Origin: Emiliania huxleyi CCMP1516
Taxonomy: Eukaryota
Reading direction: 5' to 3'
Length of the DNA: 64,000 nucleotides
Assembly: GCF_000372725.1 (NCBI RefSeq)
Contig: NW_005201287.1
Coordinates: 527,081 to 591,080 of the forward strand
Notes under the pieces: model-generated
What the model was told of the DNA's origin: nothing
The model's input: only the letters and a program-made list of their open reading frames with translations
Database searches by the model: none
Shown here: positions 57,620-64,000 of the stretch, piece by piece
How positions within the stretch are numbered: the first letter of the stretch is position 1
Layout: each line of letters opens with the position of its first letter
Program-made: the position numbers and the translations under genes

Positions 57620-60600
57620 ATGCCCGTCGCAGCCCCCGGGCGAGTCGTATTCGAGTACAGCGTCAGGCGGGAGTCTCAGTCCCCAAACAGCGTTGCTTCC
57701 GAGGCACTTCGGCCTGCGCCTCTCGAATTTGATGGCGAGGCAGAGGAGTCGGCGGATGCCAAAAACACGGAGAGCCCGGGGAGGCCTCGCCGGCCTCGCT
57801 CCGGAGCGGGGACGCTGAAGGGCGTGCAGGCTGCTGTGCGCCTCTCCATTAACAGACAATCAGGCGGCTCTTCTGTCGCAGGGTGCATCAGCGAAAATAC
57901 CGCGGCGTCGCTGGAGGCCGTGCAGGCCGCTGTGGTCCAGGCGACCGCCGTCGCCAAGCGCATCGAAGCTGGCGAGCTGCAAGACGGTGGCCTGCTTGAG
58001 CCAAAGGGCACGGTGCTAGAGTCGCGCAAGCGCCGGCAGCGTTTGGCGACCCAGGTGGTTCTCTGGGTCGTGCCACTGCTTTGCAGCGTCTGGTTCGCCG
58101 CGGCAGTGTTCTTCCCGCCTGGCGCTCAGGATAGAGTGCCTGCGCTGCTCTGGACGCCTGGAGCGACGGTCTGGATAAACGGCACGGTGACCTGCTGTCC
58201 AAAGCCTTCTCTCTGTTCGGAAGGGTGGGCGCAGCTCTGGCTATTGATCATTGCCCGGCTGAGCGCATTTGCCATGTACCCGAGTTTGGTGCTCGTCTTC
58301 TTCTCAAAGTGCCATGCAACGCTGCGCTTCCTCTCCCGCACCTTCGTCGCCGAGCTGCTGCCGCTCGCGCTCTTCCACGGCACGCACACCTTTCACGGAC
58401 TTGTCTTTGCAAGCCTCGCCCTCCTGCACACGGTCGTTCACATCGTGCGGTGGGCGCTACGAGACGAGATCATCCCGTACCTCGGCCGCTGGGCAGGCAT
58501 GAGCGGGGCCATCGGCACCACACTTATGGTCGCCGTGACGGGCAGCATGCTACTGCCGCGGCTGCAGCGATGGCCAAGGGTCGGCCGGCTCGCGGCTCTG
58601 GGCAGGGCGCCCTTTGAGATCCGATTCAATGTGCACTATCTCTTCTTGCCCCTCATCGTCGTCCTGTGCATCCACGCCAGCCGCCTGATGGTCGCCACTC
58701 TCGTCGCCGCGTGCGTCTGGGGGGGCGACTACTTGTACCAGGTGGTCTGCCGCACGTTCCGGCTGGACGTCGTCGAGTTCACGCGCCTCGAGGACGGCGG
58801 CGTGCAGGTGCTGTGGACCAATCCGCGGGGCTTCGCGCCAAACAGCGGCGAGTACGTGAAGATACAGATCCCGTGGCTTCCGGAACCGTACGGCAGCCAG
58901 TGGCACACCCTTCCTTGCTCTCTTCGTTGTCACCTTAGTAGTCGTGCAGTCACCCTTCAGTGTGCTGGTCCTGCAGGCACCCCTTCAGCCTCTACTTGCG
59001 CGAGGCCACTGCAAAGGGTGCGCAAACGAGACAGAGCGCCCTCTCCCCACCTCAGCGCGCTGCCGACTCCCGCCCGCTTGTACCACAGGCCTCTCTGTCG
59101 CCAACGCAGCCGGCGGCGAGCTGCAGGAGAACCGGCGCGTCTTCTCGGCGGCGGAGGCAAAGGGAGGCTCCGACGTCGTGCCCAGCAAGACCGCCCTCCT
59201 GATGATCGAGTTCCAGAACGAGTTCACGAGCGAGGGGGGCAAGCTCCACCTCTCCGTCAAGGATGTGATGGAGAGCCAGGACATGCTCGCCAAGTGCCAG
59301 CGCCTCTGCCGCACCGCGCGCACGTGCGGCGCAAAGGTCTTCCATCTCCCAATCACGTTTGAGAAGGCGGACGGCAGCGACAACCCCAACGCGAGGCTGG
59401 GCATCCTCAAGGGGTGCCAGGACGGGCAGCTCTTCCGTGCCTTCACCTGGGCGGCGGACTTCCACCCGATGATGACGCCCTCGCCGGGCGACGTCGTGGT
59501 CAAGGGCAAGCGCGGCCTCGACTCCTTCCCGGGGACGGACCTCGAGGCGCGGCTGCGGGAGCACGGCATCGAGACGGTGGTGATCGGTGGCCTGCTCACC
59601 AATTGCTGCGTCGAGTCGACCATGCGCACCGCTTTCGAGAAGGGGTGCCGAGCCGGGGCTGGGCGCCCGCGCTACTGCTCGTGGTTGCTCATCTGCCGCA
59701 CGATGCCGGCCGCAGGTACAACACCGTGACTCTCACCGACGGCACGGCGTGCTTTTCGGCAGCGGAGCAGGACGCGGCGACCAACGGCACCTTCAAGGCT
59801 CGCGGCTCCTCGCGCGCACTAGACTGGAGAGGGCGTAGCGGACGGGCCGCCTGAACTGGCTCGGCTGCCCCGCCCGCGCGCGCAGATGTTTTCGACGCCC
59901 ATGAAGTGCGACGACGTTGCCGCGCTGCTCGAGGACCCCGCGAGGCGGGAGAGTGTCATGAACGCGGCGGAGGCCGCCTCGAGGCTGACCGACAGCCTCG
60001 CCAGCATCGCCGAGTCGCAGCAGGTGGACGCCGACGGCCAGCACGCGGTCTCCATCGACGAGGACGCGCGGCGAGGGCTCGAAACGTTCGACACCACTCA
60101 GATCTTCGTGATGCCCGTCGGAGACTGGACGCGCGCGCTCTCGCAGGCCGTCCTCAAGCGCCGCCAGCGACGCGCGTGCTGGGTGCGCGGGCCCTTCGTC
60201 TCGCCCTACGCCGCCGCCAAGGACTTTTCGCAGCTGATCCTCTACGCCTCGGGCATTGGTGTGCTCCGAGCTGCAGCCGAGACTTGCACGCGAGGACTGT
60301 CCGACACGCCCGCACGGCACACACGCCCGTAGGCATCACGCCCGCGCTGGGGGTTATGGGGCAGTACGCGGGGTCGACACGGATGAAGTTCCTCGTCTGG
60401 TCGACGCGCTCGGCGCCGATGCTCAAGTTCTTCGCGCCGCTGCTCGGGGACGCGCAGCTGGCGATGATCTTCTACACGGGCAGGCCCAGGCTCGGGCAGG
60501 CGGAGCTGGACGCGATCACCAGCCAGGGGGGCAACATCATCGTCCAGCAGCACCGGCCCGATCTGCTGCACACGCTCGAGGAGGTGATGCGCGGGTACGA

Positions 60601-60778
60601 AAAGAGCGCCGCCGGCATCAGCCGGGCCGGGGAGCTCGACCTGCGGCGGCTCGACCACAACACGAGGGCCGCCTGGTGCGCGCTGTACTGTGGGGGCTCG
60701 CACGCGATCCGTGACCAGCTCGAGGGTTGCGCAAAGGACCTCGGCATCGGGTTCCAGGCGGAGCTATTTGATTGGTGA
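57620..60778 (+). CDS. Ferric reductase/NADPH oxidase-family flavocytochrome with an inserted isochorismatase-family cysteine hydrolase domain
   Basis: TM region with heme-ligand His pairs (HTFH...LLHTVVH; NVHYLF...CIH). FAD domain GEYVKIQIPWL...WHPFS and later VGDWTRAL...VRGPF. NAD(P)H domain LYASGIGITP, LVWSTR, LYCGG, and C-terminal ELFDW. Between HPFS and GDWT lies TALLMIEFQNEF...VVKGKRGLDSFPGTDLE...GGLLTNCCVESTMRTAFEKGY. Multi-exon. Confidence 0.88.
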
Positions 60779-62911
60779 TTAGTGAGCCCTGAGGCCTGTA
60801 TCGGCTGAAATTTTAGTTGGGTGAGCAGAGAGCCGAGGCATGCCTACGCGTTGTGAATTAGGTGTCTGTTGTGTGGCGATGAGTAGGTAGCTAAGGAAGG
60901 AAGGCAAGGTAAAATTCTCCACACACACAAAGTGGTGGGGCAAGGGGGGGGGGGGGGGGGCGACCCTCGCTGCATGCTCGCATCTCCACAGGCCTACTCC
61001 ATACCACGCGCACGGCTTTATAGAGCTGTGGCGGGTAGCCTGCTACGCGCGGTGCTAGGGTTCTCCGTTTTGTGCAGCACGCGGGGCGCTCTTTTCGATA
61101 GTTATGAGCAGGCGTGCGCGAAGCATTGGACGGTGTGGTTGGCGTCAGGCTCTCTCATTGCGGTCGCGGCACGCTCTTGACTTGGGCAGAGCGCGTTGCG
61201 CCCCGACCGCTGTAATCCTCTTGTATTGCGGTATATCCTGTTCTCAACGAATCTCGGAAACTCACAATACAATCCAGCGCATTAGCGCCGACCCTACGTC
61301 TGGATTTGAAGGGAGGGAACCGCAGCAGCAGTTGGTGGAATTCCACCGCGCACTGGAGGTGGCAGCCGGGGTGGTGGTGATGGCATTGGGAGTCGACGCC
61401 TCGGCAGAGGGACCTGTGCCTCCTTGGCGCAAGCCCTGCTCCTGGTGGCCGCTCGTGCCTGCCGGTGTGCGGCAGCGGCGGCGTCGTTGACGATGGCGAG
61501 GAACATGGCGCGCTGCGGGCCTGGCAATCCAATTGACCAATTGATGAATTGGGCGGGCGCCAACAATTCACGCAGGTATTTTATTTTTGCTTGCCGGACG
61601 TCATGACGGGGGAGGTAGGGTAGGTCCGGGCCCTCCCGTCGGGGGTTTCCCTCTCTTCACGCCGGAATTTTCACGGCAGAAAAAGAAATTTCCCGCTGAA
61701 ATCACACGCTGTCAACCCTCCCTAAATGAGCAGGAGAACTAGGAGAGCGCAACCAGTAGGAGGCCCGCGCCTGCCCCCGTGCCGCCGGGTGCAACCCGTC
61801 CTATACGAGAGAGGAATCCCTGGGACGACCCTGTCGTGTGGGTGAACCCTGCCCAGCCCCCCTCCGTGTCGCGATGCGCTCCCCCACTCCCGTTCCCCTG
61901 TGTCCCTGATCGTCCTTCCAAGATCCTGCTCGTGCAGCTCTCGACACAAGCACAAGGTGGCCGTCAACGCGCGGGATTGGACCGAGCTGCGCGCCGCTCT
62001 CGACACAGAGAGCGCCCTCCTCGGGCAAGGGGCCAAGGTAGGCCACTTTGCGGTCATGCTGCGACGTCTGAGTGAGATCCCGCAAGCGCAGGACAAGTTC
62101 TGGCGCTACATGGAGCTCGATCCTGAACATCCAGAACGAGCTCTACTTCCGCTCGCCCGAGTACAAGCTCACCTCCCACATCCTCAAGACCGGCACGACG
62201 GCCTTCCCCACCCAGATGGCCGAGTCTGACGTTACGGACAGTTGGTCGCTCACGCCCTAGGTGGGGACCTTTGTCCTCCTCCCATCCCTCGAGCCTCGTT
62301 TGGTTTGTCTGTTTTCTTTCTTTCTTTTACCCTCCCTAAATGGGTGATCTGGTGCTTGTCGGGCTTGAGAGTGGCCTGCCATGTCACAGGAAGGACTGTG
62401 GTTGGTTGCAGGAGAGTACCACCAACCATCACTTTTTTGTTAAGGTTCTTCGGGCCAGTTTGGGGGGGCAAACCCTGCCCGCCCCCTAGAACCCCAGGTA
62501 AGGCCCAGGTGTGGCCTAGGGCATCAGAAGGGACCAAGAGGAGTCCAGTCTGAGCCATAGAGCCCATGTCTTTGCCCACGAAGGTCGCGTTCAAACGCCC
62601 GGAACGGACGTTACAGTGGTGTCCGGCCGGCGCGATCACCGAGCTGTGACGCTCAGGGAAGCCGGTTGAGGTGCTGGTTTCTTTGCCCAGGGCTGGCCTT
62701 CCCCCCAGGCTGGATCAGCTGAGCAAGGTTTGGGGAGAATCCCCCATTCAGATCTTCAGATATTTTGACGGATGACCGAAAATGGGCAAAAACGGGGTGA
62801 TTTTGGTGTGGCGAGGGCCGAGGCGGTCGAAGACAGTTTTTTTCTTTTTAGCGGTTATGTGCTGTGCCGCCCGAGGATTAATAATTAATAATTATTACCC
62901 GATTATTAATA

Positions 62912-62912
<1 letters not shown>

Positions 62913-62964
<52 letters not shown>
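62913..62964. repeat. (GT)n microsatellite
   Basis: Perfect dinucleotide run. Confidence 0.95.
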
Positions 62965-62969
<5 letters not shown>

Positions 62970-63524
62970 CCGATGGCAGGGAAGGGCAAGGCAGCGGCGA
63001 GCGGCAGGTGGCGTCGGTGACGCAGTCAGGACACGATGGTGAAGCCCACAGCGCAGGAGCCCCGCAGCAGCGCCGACCGCGGCTCCGCGCCGCGTCGGCG
63101 GCGGTCTAAGCGAGGCAGCCTGCACTCCACAACCTCCTTGGCATTCCCCCGACGAGCGGCGCGCTATGCGGGCCCGTCGCGGGCGCGGGCGGCGAGCCGA
63201 CGTGCGTGTCGTAGTCGTAGGCAGCGCTGTCGAAGCGAGGGCCGAGGCGGTCGGCGCAGGCCCCCGGACGCGGTCGCAGCGAGAGAAGCGAGACAGAAGA
63301 TGCTGTTGGAAGGGTGGGGAGCAGCCTGCCGTCGAGCGGCGCGCCGAGCAAGCCCGCTGCCGCGGCCCGATCGGCAGCGCTTGCACTTGGAGCACTTGGA
63401 GTGCAGTCAGTAACCGCACATCAGGGCCGGGGAGCTCGGTTTTTTTCTTTTTAGCGGCCCTGCGATTTTGCTCCGCCGCTCGGGCGCGGAAATCTCCCCG
63501 CTGAGGTTTTGATCTCGTGCTGCC

Positions 63525-64000
63525 ATGGACTTGTCCGACCTGGCTCAGCTATCCGCTGCCGGCCACCCGCTCCCTGGCGTGGCGATGGCGCCTCCCGGTG
63601 ACCCGTCTCTCCACGTGCCGGTGCCGGTGCCGCTGCCCTTCCCGCTCGGCGAGGAGGAGGCGTCTCCGCGGCGCAGCGCGGCAGCGCATCTCCGGCTGGT
63701 CGATGCGTTGCAGCAGCACCACCTCGCTGACGACCTAGAGCCGCCCAGTGAGGTGCGATCACAGCCTGGCTCTCTCTTCTCACGCGACGCGATCAATTGA
63801 GAACGCACGCGCACGCACAGCGCAGCCCGTCTGCGTCTCAGTCAGCGAGCTGGCCCGCCGACCTGCTCGCGCACTGGTTCGAGCACGGCGGCCGCCTCCT
63901 TCCCCACGAGCGAGCGGCCGCGCAGTTCAACGCGCTGGCCGGATCGGTAGGGTGCGCCTCTCGGCAGCCTCTCGGCTGCACCTCGGCTGCACCTCGGCTG
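63525..64000 (+). CDS. Probable 5' exons of an unknown gene running off the window
   Basis: ATG-initiated coding-like segment followed by intron-like DNA carrying the 11-bp intron repeat at the window end. Confidence 0.3.

Noticed and set aside
61945..62260. Coding-like fragment (WTELRAALD...IQNELYFRSPEYK)
   Set aside because: Short, frameshifted and abutting a dispersed repeat; no family could be assigned.

Overview
GC-rich, intron-containing eukaryotic DNA. GC-AG and GA-AG introns filled with 10-11 bp tandem repeats, TTAGGG repeats and 100-N scaffold gaps suggest a haptophyte such as Emiliania/Gephyrocapsa huxleyi (inference). Recognisable genes: a Sen1/senataxin-like SF1 helicase, a NELF-C/D (TH1) homolog, a duplicated PAN-like Pro-rich membrane protein, an RRM-TrmY SPOUT methyltransferase fusion, an ankyrin protein, a secreted cPLA2/phospholipase B-like enzyme, and an intronless DSP phosphatase + T4 Rnl1-type RNA ligase + polynucleotide kinase fusion. 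That fusion lies head-to-head with an ALYREF-motif/RGG/tandem-SpoVS protein. Further genes encode a PH-domain protein, a TLC membrane protein, a proteobacterial-type sulfide:quinone oxidoreductase, a GT34-like+GT32-like glycosyltransferase, and a ferric reductase/NOX with an isochorismatase-family hydrolase inserted in its FAD domain. Intergenic DNA is a patchwork of dispersed repeats, two TIR-bounded MITE candidates, nested 102-bp/100-bp satellites and a long hairpin. All family assignments come from motif recognition by eye; no database searches were run, and most exon boundaries are approximate.
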